A stretch of DNA of 32,138 nucleotides, taken from a virus (taxonomy: Duplodnaviria > Caudoviricetes). Of this stretch, positions 1 to 9,436 are shown one piece after another; positions within the stretch are counted from its first letter, which is position 1, and every line of letters begins with the position of its first letter. Below the pieces are notes generated by a model. That model ran no database searches, had not been told where the DNA came from, and saw only the letters and a list, made by a program, of their open reading frames with translations. The stretch lies in IMG/VR virus record IMGVR_UViG_3300043414_000965, positions 1-32,138 of that record. One strand, given 5' to 3'. The translations under genes were made by a program, and so were the position numbers.

Positions 1-282
1 GGAACTTGTGTACGTGATTACGTTCATGTGAATGAAATCTGTGATGCATTACGTAGTGCTATTGAGAAGCCAAGCAATCAGATAGAATGCTTGGGACACG
101 GTGTAGGGTATACTGTTGCTGAAATGATTAATATATTCAGAGAGGTAAATAATATACCTAATATTAATTTGCTTACAAAAATAGGCCCAAGAAGAAAGGG
201 TGACTTAGCAGTATCTGTATTAGATAATGTGTCACCCTATATGAAAGAGTTATACTCTTTGGAAGAACTACTTAAGATTTGA
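1..282 (+). CDS. galE: NAD-dependent epimerase (UDP-glucose 4-epimerase-like), C-terminal fragment, 5'-truncated by the window
   Basis: Frame 1 from base 1 reads GTCVRDYVHVNEICDA..LGHGVGYTVAE..GPRRKGD, matching the GalE GTCVRDYIHV / G-G-S-V-E / RRxGD C-terminal motifs. Confidence 0.8.
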   Translation, partial: GTCVRDYVHVNEICDALRSAIEKPSNQIECLGHGVGYTVAEMINIFREVNNIPNINLLTKIGPRRKGDLAVSVLDNVSPYMKELYSLEELLKI

Positions 283-1168
283 TTTTATCCCATTTATCAA
301 CTAGCATATTTTTAAGTGCTACTGTATTTGAAAACTTATTCTTACGCATATAATCATTAATCTTAACCGCAGTTGGGTAATCAGTTGAGTTAGGTTTACG
401 GGCATTAATCATGTCTGTACCAAGATTACTATCTTCATCGGGATGCCTGCTACCATAGTATACTAAATCATATCGTAATTTTTCTGCTCTAGGAGACAAA
501 TCTGCTTTATTGTTTTTATATATAAGTTCTAGCCAGGGTTCTAGATACATTGTTGGTGGTCTACTTGGACTATATCCTTTAGGTTGCTGTCCTTTAAGTA
601 TTGATGCTGCTGCTGAGGGCGTAACTGCTTTGCGTGTATCTTGTAAACGCCATGCATTCTCATCTTTGTATAAGTAAGCTGATATGCCCTGCTTCTTAGC
701 ACTAATCAAAATTGTTCTAACTTCGGGGCTACGGTTTTCGCTTTGCTCTTTGAGCAAAACATGTACAGCAATCACCCCTTCAATTGAAATTTCAGGAGTT
801 TTAGAAAATACTCTATCTTCACTTTCGCTTGTGCGAGTACCGTTACTATGTTGCCATGAACGTTCCCAATAATCAACTGCTTTTGTTTTATAATGCCTAT
901 TTAACCAGTTACCATCAATTACAAACATAGCAGCACTACTACCAGTGAATCGGTGATAGTCTCCCACTTTGCTACGAGTTGTGCTTAGAAAGTAAGGATA
1001 CCCTGGCGGTGCATATTGTTCTTCACTTTTATTACCAGTGACACTACTTAATTGAAAAACCCCAGTAGTTAGAATTTTTACAGCAGCAGACACTCCGGAA
1101 TAATGATAGACAATTGCAGTAGCTGCTTCATCTAGTATTGACTCTGTAATAAACTCATTTGCTCTCAT
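272..1168 (-). CDS. Putative virion-internal protein with ADP-ribosyltransferase-like motifs
   Basis: 298-aa ORF; N-terminus MRANEFITE; ordered motifs VYHYS..ILTTG..FLSTTRS..ESEDR resemble the ART beta1 / S-T-S / E-x-E motifs. Confidence 0.5.
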   Translation of the reverse strand: MRANEFITESILDEAATAIVYHYSGVSAAVKILTTGVFQLSSVTGNKSEEQYAPPGYPYFLSTTRSKVGDYHRFTGSSAAMFVIDGNWLNRHYKTKAVDYWERSWQHSNGTRTSESEDRVFSKTPEISIEGVIAVHVLLKEQSENRSPEVRTILISAKKQGISAYLYKDENAWRLQDTRKAVTPSAAASILKGQQPKGYSPSRPPTMYLEPWLELIYKNNKADLSPRAEKLRYDLVYYGSRHPDEDSNLGTDMINARKPNSTDYPTAVKINDYMRKNKFSNTVALKNMLVDKWDKIKS

Positions 1169-1169
1169 T

Positions 1170-2696
1170 TTAGTGTCTTAACAATAGTGTACTTAGTACA
1201 CCAGGATCGTTAGCACTAACATCACCTTCTCCCGGAGCAACGATAACATTGTATTTCATACCAGCTGGTATTGAATTTCTCTTAGCCATATATTCAGTAT
1301 AACTTAAAATACTTGAAGCACTGATTCCATATTCTGTAGCAATACGTTGTTTCATTTCTTTAAGTGCGGCTTCATCAGCAGGTTGCCATGCTCCGTCTGC
1401 TGTCTTTTTCAAGTTACCCTTCTCATCCTTAGCTAACAAGTCATAGAATAGTTTCTCTGGAACAATACGACTATTCTTTGTTGTATCTAACTTAGGGTCT
1501 TGCGCCTTTATTTTTTTCTCTTGCTCAGTATTAGCACCTTCGCTCCAATTGATAATAAAGTTGTCTGGTTTCTTGGCTAATGCTGCTCCAGCCATCTTAG
1601 TGTAAGCATAGAACTTAACATCAGGGTGTTTAGCAGCCATCTTTAATGCCATGTCTAAGTATTCTGGACTAAAGAAGTCACCGGCGTCATGCCAACGAAC
1701 TGTTGTTTGCCAGCCATTAGGGAATTTCTTATCACCCTTGGCTGCTGCTTGTGCCTCAGCAGCTATTTCACTACTTAATTGATTAAAGAATCCATCAGGA
1801 TCATTCAATAGATATGTCAATATACGTCCGTCACTTTGCCATGCTGCCTTGAATTGTATCTTGCCGCCCTTCATAGCAAAGCATTCTACTTTACAAGAGC
1901 CAGCGCCAGGGCAAGTATTAACAACGATTAGATTATTAGTTTGTTCATCTAGTGCGATACCCACTAATGCAGCGAACCCAACGTTGAAGAATTGTTCAAA
2001 CTCACCATTGCTATGCTTCATCTTTTCATTTTGCTTTAATAATGATTTAGGACGAATTGCTAATGTTTTCTTAACCGCATCTTCATCATATGTTTGACCA
2101 TCCGGACTTAAGTATGTTACTACGCTGCTACGATGTATGTAGGGCATCTTATATTTGTCGCCCTTAGTCTTACCTGACACATACTTTTCGTTACCCTTTT
2201 TATCTATTTTAACATTGCCTGCTTTATCTTTATCAGGTGTACCAACGATCCGGTTCATGTAGTCTTGAAACTCTTGACCGCCCAAATCACGAGTTTGTGC
2301 TGGTAGTTTAGTTGCTTCATCTAGTCCAGATAGTTTGCGAATTCTATCTAAGTGTTCTTGTCCTTCAAGAATAGCATCTGGTTTTAATTCTAGTATTCTA
2401 GCATGAACATCTTCTAACTCTGATTCTAAATGTTCTCTATCTTCCTCATCAGCATAATCCAATTCTGCTTCTAATTCAAATTTGGTATCATACAAACTTC
2501 TTAATTCATCATCACCTTCATCATCAAAATCATCGTCACTATCGTTATGATCGTATGGGGCGAATTCTTTTAATTCTTCTTCTGGTTTTGAATCACCAGC
2601 TTTAGCAACAAATTGCTGAGGTGTCATAATTGATATACCACTAGGGGCTCCTGGCATCTTTGGCTCTGCGCCCTCTAATAGTTCTTTGAAATTCAT
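1170..2696 (-). CDS. GP88-like (phage gene product 88) domain protein with acidic N-terminal extension
   Basis: TCPGAGSCKVECFAMKG, VRWHDAGDFFS, FYAYTK motifs; N-terminus MNFKELLE. Confidence 0.65.
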   Translation of the reverse strand: MNFKELLEGAEPKMPGAPSGISIMTPQQFVAKAGDSKPEEELKEFAPYDHNDSDDDFDDEGDDELRSLYDTKFELEAELDYADEEDREHLESELEDVHARILELKPDAILEGQEHLDRIRKLSGLDEATKLPAQTRDLGGQEFQDYMNRIVGTPDKDKAGNVKIDKKGNEKYVSGKTKGDKYKMPYIHRSSVVTYLSPDGQTYDEDAVKKTLAIRPKSLLKQNEKMKHSNGEFEQFFNVGFAALVGIALDEQTNNLIVVNTCPGAGSCKVECFAMKGGKIQFKAAWQSDGRILTYLLNDPDGFFNQLSSEIAAEAQAAAKGDKKFPNGWQTTVRWHDAGDFFSPEYLDMALKMAAKHPDVKFYAYTKMAGAALAKKPDNFIINWSEGANTEQEKKIKAQDPKLDTTKNSRIVPEKLFYDLLAKDEKGNLKKTADGAWQPADEAALKEMKQRIATEYGISASSILSYTEYMAKRNSIPAGMKYNVIVAPGEGDVSANDPGVLSTLLLRH

Positions 2697-3589
2697 TTTT
2701 TATTGTTCCTAATAAATTGTTCAGCTAGCATTACTAATTCGTGTAGTTCTTCAATAGATTCGCAATGCCATCTACGTAGACTTTTATTTATGTTGCTATT
2801 TGGATCGTGTGCTGTTTTTGCACCAGTACGATGTTTTTTCATTCCACGCATTCTGGCACAGAATGATTTACGACGGGCAGCAGCTTTACTACCTTTTTTA
2901 AGTTTGCTTGGTTTAGTTGTTACTGCTGTTTGAATTTTGCTACCAGGATGACTACGGCGATAGCTACTTACAGACTTCTTACTCATCCCACCTACACGTT
3001 TATTATTGTGCTTTGACCAATTCTCGCCCTCTGTCATTGAACCCATATCAATGTAACCTTTTTGCTGTGCGTCACTCCATCTTGCCCATTCACGTCCGTC
3101 TATCGTTACTGTAGACCGACCTGTTTCCCCTGTGTACTCAGAATTATCATCGTACTTTGAACTATTGATATCATCAACTGCTTGCATCCACTGTTTCTTA
3201 TCAGTGAAGAATTTTTTAGTGGGCATTGATGGTAAGTTGATACTGCGTGGTCCAGGTGTATAGTCACTCTGGCTTAAACTACCAGGCAAGCCTTCCGCCA
3301 CACCTTGCTCATTAACTTCTGCGTGGGATCCGTCAATGAATCCCAGATGCTTACCAGTTTTAACGTGATACGCATCTGCTACATTACCATCGCCGACGAT
3401 TTTTACGTTACCCTGACCGTGTTTTTTTTCAAGTTCTGCCTTGAAGTCTTTGAATTCATGCCCATAGTTATGTTGATAATTGCCTTCCGCCACACTTTTT
3501 GGCTTCTTTCCAGCTTTCTTCATGGCAATGGCTTTTGCTGCTTGCTGTGCTGGACTACCAGCTTCGGATATAATTTCGGTAAATCTCAT
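2693..3589 (-). CDS. Modular phage protein with basic C-terminal DUF6321-like domain, putative virion-internal
   Basis: GSKIQTAVTTKPSKLKKGSKAAARRKSFCARMRGMKK..NKSLRRWHC is typical of T4-like/cyanophage proteins; repeated VAEG/MTEG; N-terminus MRFTEIISE. Confidence 0.55.
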   Translation of the reverse strand: MRFTEIISEAGSPAQQAAKAIAMKKAGKKPKSVAEGNYQHNYGHEFKDFKAELEKKHGQGNVKIVGDGNVADAYHVKTGKHLGFIDGSHAEVNEQGVAEGLPGSLSQSDYTPGPRSINLPSMPTKKFFTDKKQWMQAVDDINSSKYDDNSEYTGETGRSTVTIDGREWARWSDAQQKGYIDMGSMTEGENWSKHNNKRVGGMSKKSVSSYRRSHPGSKIQTAVTTKPSKLKKGSKAAARRKSFCARMRGMKKHRTGAKTAHDPNSNINKSLRRWHCESIEELHELVMLAEQFIRNNKK

Positions 3590-3607
3590 GTTTTTGTCCG
3601 TAAATAG

Positions 3608-3636
3608 TTGACTTTATTGCGTAAATATGTTACACT
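3608..3636 (+). promoter_or_regulatory. sigma70-like promoter for uvsE
   Basis: TTGACT-17 nt-TACACT; TAAATA in spacer. Confidence 0.5.
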
Positions 3637-3644
3637 ACATATCT

Positions 3645-3652
3645 TATTTATC
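3645..3652 (-). promoter_or_regulatory. T4-late-like promoter box GATAAATA for the 3589-272 minus-strand operon
   Basis: TATTTATC on + strand; the same octamer precedes the 28679 gene. Confidence 0.55.
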
Positions 3653-3668
3653 ACTTTGGGCTTTTACC

Positions 3669-4694
3669 TTGACAAATCAATCTATCAAACGCATCGGCTT
3701 TGCTTGTAAATTTAGTGAAATAAACAAGAAGGGTGAGATATCTAGCATCCCCGAACTCAACACAGGTGGTACTACTATGGCTTGGGCTAATCGTCAAAGT
3801 CGTAGTGTAGCAGAAGAAAAGGTAATTGAAGTTGCTAAAAAGAATATCCTGCATACTCACAATCTAGTTAAAAAGGTAGCAACACTACAACCCGAACTAC
3901 GTATGGTTCGTCTTACTAGTGATATGCTCAGTTTTTATACTCACGCCGATTGGCAAGGATTCTGGCAACAATCTGATATTCAAAACAAACTGGAACATTG
4001 GATGGCACCTATTGGTGAAACTGCACGGGCTAATGATGTTCGTCTTAGCTTTCACCCTGACCAATTTGTAGTTTTAGCGAGTGACCGTGAAGAAGTAGTA
4101 AATAAGAGTATAGAAGAATTTGAATATCATTGTGACATGGTTCGTTGGATGGGCTATGGCAAGACATTTCAAGACTTCAAAGTTAATGTACACATCAGTG
4201 GTCGTAAAGGTCCACAGGGCATTCGTGATGTATACAATCGTTTGTCACCCGAAGCCCGCAACACACTTACACTAGAGAATGAGGAATACACACATGGACT
4301 TACAGACTGCTTATCATTATCTGACCTCGTACCTACGGTCATGGACATTCACCATAATTGGATACGTGAGGGAGAATACATTCAACCTAATGATGCGCTT
4401 GTACAACGGGTTATTGATAGTTGGCGTGGCGTGCGCCCTACTATGCATTACAGTGTTAGCCGCGAAGATATACTCGGAGAACATTCCACAACACGATTAC
4501 CCGATCATGGTGCGTTGATTAATGAAGGACATAGTAAGCAGAAACTACGTGCCCATAGTGACTACTATTGGAACGATGCTGTGAACGATTGGGCATTGAC
4601 ATTTGTTGATAACTTTGATATAATGTGTGAATCAAAGGCAAAGAATCTTGCCAGCTTTAAATTATTTGAGAGATATAAAAATGGGACTATTTGA
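3669..4694 (+). CDS. uvsE: UV-damage endonuclease UvsE (UVDE); start probably TTG 3669, ORF is open from 3627
   Basis: RIGFAC, RLTSD, RLSFHPDQFVVLAS, NVHISG, LTLENEE, DIHHNW, HYS, RAHSDY, DIMCESKAKNLA. Confidence 0.92.
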   Translation: MTNQSIKRIGFACKFSEINKKGEISSIPELNTGGTTMAWANRQSRSVAEEKVIEVAKKNILHTHNLVKKVATLQPELRMVRLTSDMLSFYTHADWQGFWQQSDIQNKLEHWMAPIGETARANDVRLSFHPDQFVVLASDREEVVNKSIEEFEYHCDMVRWMGYGKTFQDFKVNVHISGRKGPQGIRDVYNRLSPEARNTLTLENEEYTHGLTDCLSLSDLVPTVMDIHHNWIREGEYIQPNDALVQRVIDSWRGVRPTMHYSVSREDILGEHSTTRLPDHGALINEGHSKQKLRAHSDYYWNDAVNDWALTFVDNFDIMCESKAKNLASFKLFERYKNGTI

Positions 4695-5124
4695 TAAATT
4701 ATTTGGCAAGAAGCCAGAACCAGTAGTAGAGGAACCCAAGACTACTAAAGAAAAGAAACCACGTAAACCTAAAGTAAAGAAAGAACCTGTTACTGTTTCA
4801 GACAAGCAGAAGGCAGAAGAATTAGGTTTACCTTATGTTAATATTTTAAAAATGGAGATTGATCCATACGATATTAACAGCGGTGCGTTTGAACTTGATT
4901 TCAATGACAAATTTGTATTGAACTTGATTCGTGCAGGGTATAAGATTCGTGATGACGATACTGATACAATCATTGTGGATCGCTGGTTCCAAACAGTCTG
5001 TCGCAATGTAGCACTTGAACTGTATGAACAACAACAGGCCGATCCGGAGAACCGTGCCATGGCCTCGGACATGAGAGTGGTCCGTGCTAAGGATCTAGGT
5101 GACGGAAGAACAGAGGTTAGTTGA
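4681..5124 (+). CDS. Hypothetical phage protein
   Basis: ATG 4681 MGLFDKLFG..; overlaps uvsE end; GAFELDFNDKFV..L..AGY..IVDRWF. Confidence 0.75.
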   Translation: MGLFDKLFGKKPEPVVEEPKTTKEKKPRKPKVKKEPVTVSDKQKAEELGLPYVNILKMEIDPYDINSGAFELDFNDKFVLNLIRAGYKIRDDDTDTIIVDRWFQTVCRNVALELYEQQQADPENRAMASDMRVVRAKDLGDGRTEVS

Positions 5125-6350
5125 TGATAGTATGGCCGGCAAAACCTCAAAATGAAAAATATGCAAGGTGGTATGCTAAACTAGTTGATTTTGCAAAAAA
5201 CAGGGATCTGCCAAAAAGCACCTATACTGAAAAGCACCATATAATACCTAAAAGTTTAGGTGGGTCAGATAAAAAAGAAAATATAGTTAAGTTTTTAGCA
5301 AGAGAGCATTACGTTGCACATGCATTACTTTGGAAAATGCAATTTGAGGGTATAGCAAATATGAAGATGGTTCATGCTTTTAATCAAATGAGCATTATGA
5401 CGCCGGGAAAAAATCATCCAGGATATAAAGTAAATAGTAGGTTATTTGAATTAGTTAAATTGGAACGTGTTGCCTATTTAAAAACAATAAGAGGAAAAGA
5501 TCATCCTAGTTACGGTAGAAAGTTAAACCTTAGTAAAGAAGGTTTGGCTGCTCGTGCAGAAAAATTAAAAGAATGCTGGAATGATCCAGCGTGGAGAGAA
5601 GAACGCATACGCAAAAGAAAACTGTTTTTTGAATCACCTCAGGGTATTTTGCAACGAGCAGCAACTGGTAAAAGACTAACGGGTGTAAAACGAGATCCGG
5701 CAATAATAGAGAAGTCTGCTTCAAAGAGAAGAGGTAGAAAAGGTACTGAATTGTTTTCAGAACAAGCATTAGCTAACATTCGTGAAGGAAATAAAAACCG
5801 TATATTATCTGATGCTGGCAGAGAAAAAATTAGAGAAGCTACTAGAGCCACCGGCAAGAGACCCAAATCAGAAGAACACAAAAGAAAGTTATCAGAATCT
5901 CATAAAGGTAAACATGGACATGTCGGGAAAGCAAACCCGATGTACGGAAAAACTCATTCTGAAGAAACAAAAAGAAAAATAGCTGAAACTAAACTTTTAC
6001 GAAAATTAGAGAAAGAAGAAAATGCTTTTTGTGGACCTATTAGACCCAAAAGTGTTTTTAAGTTTAGAGGAGTGATGTATAAAAATTTAACAGACGCTAG
6101 TAAAGATACTGGAGTATCGGTAAATAGGATTAAAACTCAAATAAAATATTGGGGGGACAATCCCACTGCTGAGATTATTCAGCAAATTGATTTGGGTATA
6201 TTAAAACCACCAATGACTGCATGGAATAAGGGAACCAAAGGATTACAAGTTTCTTGGAGTAAAGGAAAAAAGTTATCACCAGAACATGTAGCAAAAAGCG
6301 TAGCTGCTAAGAAAGAAAAAAGAATCACCAAAAATCTACTAAAAGGTTGA
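5124..6350 (+). mobile_element. Free-standing HNH homing endonuclease with NUMOD3 repeats
   Basis: EKHHIIPKSLGGSDKKENIVKFLAREHYVAH (HNH); KSEEHKRKLSESHKG and MYGKTHSEETKRKIAE (NUMOD3); TGATG coupling to upstream gene; very Lys-rich. Confidence 0.88.
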
Positions 6351-6375
6351 CATTATTTAAATAGTAGTATATAAT
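6347..6375 (+). promoter_or_regulatory. Consensus sigma70 promoter with embedded TAAATA
   Basis: TTGACA-17 nt-TATAAT; TAAATA at 6358-6363. Confidence 0.8.
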
Positions 6376-6381
6376 ATACAT

Positions 6382-7377
6382 ATGAAATACGCATTAATTG
6401 ACACCGCAAATACATTCTTCCGTGCCCGTCACATTGCTTCACGCTCTAGTACTATTGACGAGAAGATCGGAATGGCTATTCATCTTACACTAGCAAGCAC
6501 TAATCAAATTGTCAAAAAATTTGGTATTGATCATGTTGTGTTTTGCTTGGAGGGGCGTAGCTGGCGAAAAGACTACTACACTCCTTATAAAAAGAATCGT
6601 GTAGTAGATACACTATCTCAAACAGAAGCAGAAGTCGCCGAGAATAAAATGTTTTGGGAAACGTATGAAGCCTTCACAACTTATCTTAAAGACCGCACAA
6701 ACTGTAGTGTTCTACGTGATGCAAAGGCTGAGGCTGATGACTTAATTGCACGTTTCATTCACTTGCATCCTGATGATGAACATTTTATTATCAGTAGTGA
6801 TTCTGACTATGTTCAATTAATAACTCCAAAAGTAAAACAATACAATGGTGTAAGCGGAGAACTAATTACTCTAGAGGGATACTTCAACGACAAAGGTAAG
6901 CAAGTATTGGATAAATTAAAGAATCCAAAACTATTAGAGGATCCACAATATTTGTTATTTAAGAAATGTATGCGTGGTGACGCAACCGACAACGTATTTA
7001 GTGCTTTTCCCGGAGTACGTGAAAAAGGTTCACAAAAGAAAGCTGGATTAGTTGAAGCATATGCGGATCGTAAAAAAATGGGCTTTGATTGGAACAATAT
7101 GATGTTGCAGCGTTGGACGGACCATGATGGTAATGAGGTTCGGGTCAAAGATGCGTATGAACGTAATCGGGTACTTATAGACTTGACAGCACAGCCCGAC
7201 GATGTTAAACTATCAGTAGATACAAACATCCGTGAAGGTGTTCGTATAACTACGATTCCTCAAGTGGGCATACACTTGATGAAATTCTGTGGGAAGTATG
7301 AACTGCAAAAAATTGCAGATAATGCCGAGACATACGCAAAATGGCTTAACAGCCCATATGTAGGAGTATTGAAATGA
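6382..7377 (+). CDS. rnh: T4 RNase H-like 5'-3' exonuclease (flap endonuclease family)
   Basis: LIDTAN, SWRKDYY..YKKNR, EADDLIA, IISSDSDYVQL, RGDATDNV, RNRVLIDL. Confidence 0.9.
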   Translation: MKYALIDTANTFFRARHIASRSSTIDEKIGMAIHLTLASTNQIVKKFGIDHVVFCLEGRSWRKDYYTPYKKNRVVDTLSQTEAEVAENKMFWETYEAFTTYLKDRTNCSVLRDAKAEADDLIARFIHLHPDDEHFIISSDSDYVQLITPKVKQYNGVSGELITLEGYFNDKGKQVLDKLKNPKLLEDPQYLLFKKCMRGDATDNVFSAFPGVREKGSQKKAGLVEAYADRKKMGFDWNNMMLQRWTDHDGNEVRVKDAYERNRVLIDLTAQPDDVKLSVDTNIREGVRITTIPQVGIHLMKFCGKYELQKIADNAETYAKWLNSPYVGVLK

Positions 7378-7571
7378 ATAGAATAAGAGAATTAATTAAA
7401 GAACATGGAAGTGATTCTAGTGGCAAGTGGGTAGCAATTGATAAAGTAGAACTGATTGCTGAGTTGATTGCTTACGAATGCATGGACCTTGCTCTAGGAT
7501 CTAGTCATAGAGAAGATGATATGGGCGCTATTATTGCTAATAAGATTAAGAAACATTTTGGAGTAGAATAA
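7374..7571 (+). CDS. Small hypothetical protein, paralog family member 1 (..AELI..EC..IKKHFGVE)
   Basis: ATGA overlap; similarity to 9254 and 17900 ORFs. Confidence 0.7.
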   Translation: MNRIRELIKEHGSDSSGKWVAIDKVELIAELIAYECMDLALGSSHREDDMGAIIANKIKKHFGVE

Positions 7572-7855
7572 TGAAATTTAAAATTTGCGGATTAACATAC
7601 GAAGTAAAATATAAAACATCAGAAGAAATGCAAGGCACAATTGGTCTTGCACGATTCAATGACCAAGAGATTTGGATTGGTGATCAATTTACTGAACAAA
7701 CTAAAAAGATTGCATTGTGGCATGAAGTATTACATATACTAGACCATGCATACAATCTAAAGATGACAGAAGAACAGGTGAAGTTTCAAACTCACGCATT
7801 GATTGCATTAGTAGAAGATAACCCAGAAGTATTTAAAAATGGCACAACACAGTAA
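7571..7855 (+). CDS. Small HExxH metallopeptidase-like phage protein
   Basis: LWHEVLHIL followed by downstream E (TEEQV). Confidence 0.6.
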   Translation: MKFKICGLTYEVKYKTSEEMQGTIGLARFNDQEIWIGDQFTEQTKKIALWHEVLHILDHAYNLKMTEEQVKFQTHALIALVEDNPEVFKNGTTQ

Positions 7856-8684
7856 TTACTGGTCATGCACCCCTTTCGCTGATTGGGTGCGCGGTACTCC
7901 TAAACTTAATGCGGGTACAAGTGAAGAATGGGATGAATGGCAAACTAATGCTAAAGGCTATAATCCGGTTCGTTATTGGTTAGCAGAAGAAGCACTCGGG
8001 CACATTCAAGATTTTGTAACATACCCTATTAGAAAAATATACGATGTCAAATATTACATTAATAACAGGTACGTTACTCGTACTCATGCTCTCACCGCTC
8101 ATAGCCGTGATATTAAGCCTGGTTCTTGGCGTGATGTTGGGAGTCGCTTCCTTCCATGCTTATTTAATGAGTTGGTTGATTTTGTCGAGGTCGAACAAGC
8201 CTGGAGTCACATCGCATGGGGAAGTAAAGAAGATAGAAAGAAGTATGATGCTCCTTTTTATGCTACTGGCTGGTGGCGTTGGCGCACTTGGCGTTGCCCT
8301 CAAGCAGGTCTTGATCATCTTGACTGGGCAATGACACTTACTCTTGATAAAGATATGGGAGTAGATCCAGATAACCCAGGGTATGGTAAGCCTACTGGAC
8401 AAGCATTACGTGCTAAAGAAATTAAAGAACTTTACACATGGTGGACTACTGTATATCCAAATCGTCCAGACCCGCACGATGCAAGTGGCTGGAGTGAATA
8501 CTGTGAAAGTTTACGAATCAAGTTTGGTACAAACTGGATTGGTAGATCCGATAAAGATACTGCAAGTAAAAAAGCAGGTGATAAGGCTCTTAAACTTACT
8601 ACTAAGATTGAAGCAGCCTACGACAAAGAAGATACTGAAATGATGATTCGTTTAATTAAAATTCGTGATAGTTTGTGGACATGA
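7839..8684 (+). CDS. Trp-rich hypothetical phage protein
   Basis: 281-aa ORF coupled to neighbours. Confidence 0.75.
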   Translation: MAQHSNYWSCTPFADWVRGTPKLNAGTSEEWDEWQTNAKGYNPVRYWLAEEALGHIQDFVTYPIRKIYDVKYYINNRYVTRTHALTAHSRDIKPGSWRDVGSRFLPCLFNELVDFVEVEQAWSHIAWGSKEDRKKYDAPFYATGWWRWRTWRCPQAGLDHLDWAMTLTLDKDMGVDPDNPGYGKPTGQALRAKEIKELYTWWTTVYPNRPDPHDASGWSEYCESLRIKFGTNWIGRSDKDTASKKAGDKALKLTTKIEAAYDKEDTEMMIRLIKIRDSLWT

Positions 8685-8685
8685 T

Positions 8686-9135
8686 ATGAAAAAGATTTAC
8701 TACGAAAAAGTAGGACGTAAGTATGTACCTGTTACAGAATACGATAGCGACTGGATGGACAGTTTTCATAAAGGTACACACCTTTTGATGGTATATCCGG
8801 GTGGGCAGAGTCGTAGGTTTAATATTGATCCTAACTACGCGGCTATGATTGCAGCCAGCCGAGTAGCCGAAGAGGCTATAATTCGTGCTATGCATAAAGC
8901 TAGTGAACTGAAACCTGTGCGAACTCCGATAACAGAAGGACAACGCAAGGCATGGAAGAAATTGGCTAAAGAGTTTGGAGATGAACTTTGTACGTTGAGT
9001 GGTGCCAGTTCACACGATATTGCCGAAGCAGGTGTGAAAGCTATGATGGCAGAAGCTGATCAGTTAATGACTAACCCTGCTGTAAAGAAAGCCTACGAAC
9101 ATTTTTTATTGGTTGCCGAATTGACAAAGGATTAA
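8686..9135 (+). CDS. Hypothetical protein
   Basis: ATG 8686 MKKIYYEKVGRKYVPV directly after upstream stop. Confidence 0.7.
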   Translation: MKKIYYEKVGRKYVPVTEYDSDWMDSFHKGTHLLMVYPGGQSRRFNIDPNYAAMIAASRVAEEAIIRAMHKASELKPVRTPITEGQRKAWKKLAKEFGDELCTLSGASSHDIAEAGVKAMMAEADQLMTNPAVKKAYEHFLLVAELTKD

Positions 9136-9137
9136 TT

Positions 9138-9257
9138 ATGCGTAAATATATCACTAACAAATTCAATAGTGTATTTCTTCCTTACGAGGAAGGGATGATT
9201 GAATGGCTAGTTGAGAATTATCCTCATAGTCAATATCGTATAGTGGAGGTAGTATGA
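9138..9257 (+). CDS. 39-aa hypothetical protein (not in ORF track)
   Basis: AAGGA SD; MRKYITNKFNSVFLPYEEGMIEWLVENYPHSQYRIVEVV; ATGA overlap with next gene; fills the gap exactly. Confidence 0.6.
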   Translation: MRKYITNKFNSVFLPYEEGMIEWLVENYPHSQYRIVEVV

Positions 9258-9436
9258 GAAAACTAATCAAAGAACTTGAACCCCAATGTTGGGAACACAA
9301 TGAATTTGGTCTTAATTTCAATTACGAAAAGTTCGCTGAGTTGATTATAAAAGAATGTGCTACTGCGGTAGCCAAAGCCAATAATCCACTTGGACGCAGT
9401 ATTGATAAACTTTTTGAAATGCATTTTGAAAAATGA
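9254..9436 (+). CDS. Small hypothetical protein, paralog family member 2
   Basis: GGAGG SD; EKFAELIIKECA..HF. Confidence 0.7.
   Translation: MRKLIKELEPQCWEHNEFGLNFNYEKFAELIIKECATAVAKANNPLGRSIDKLFEMHFEK

Noticed and set aside
5124-6350. Group I intron hosting the HNH gene
   Set aside because: Flanking genes appear complete and there is no non-coding space for intron core structure
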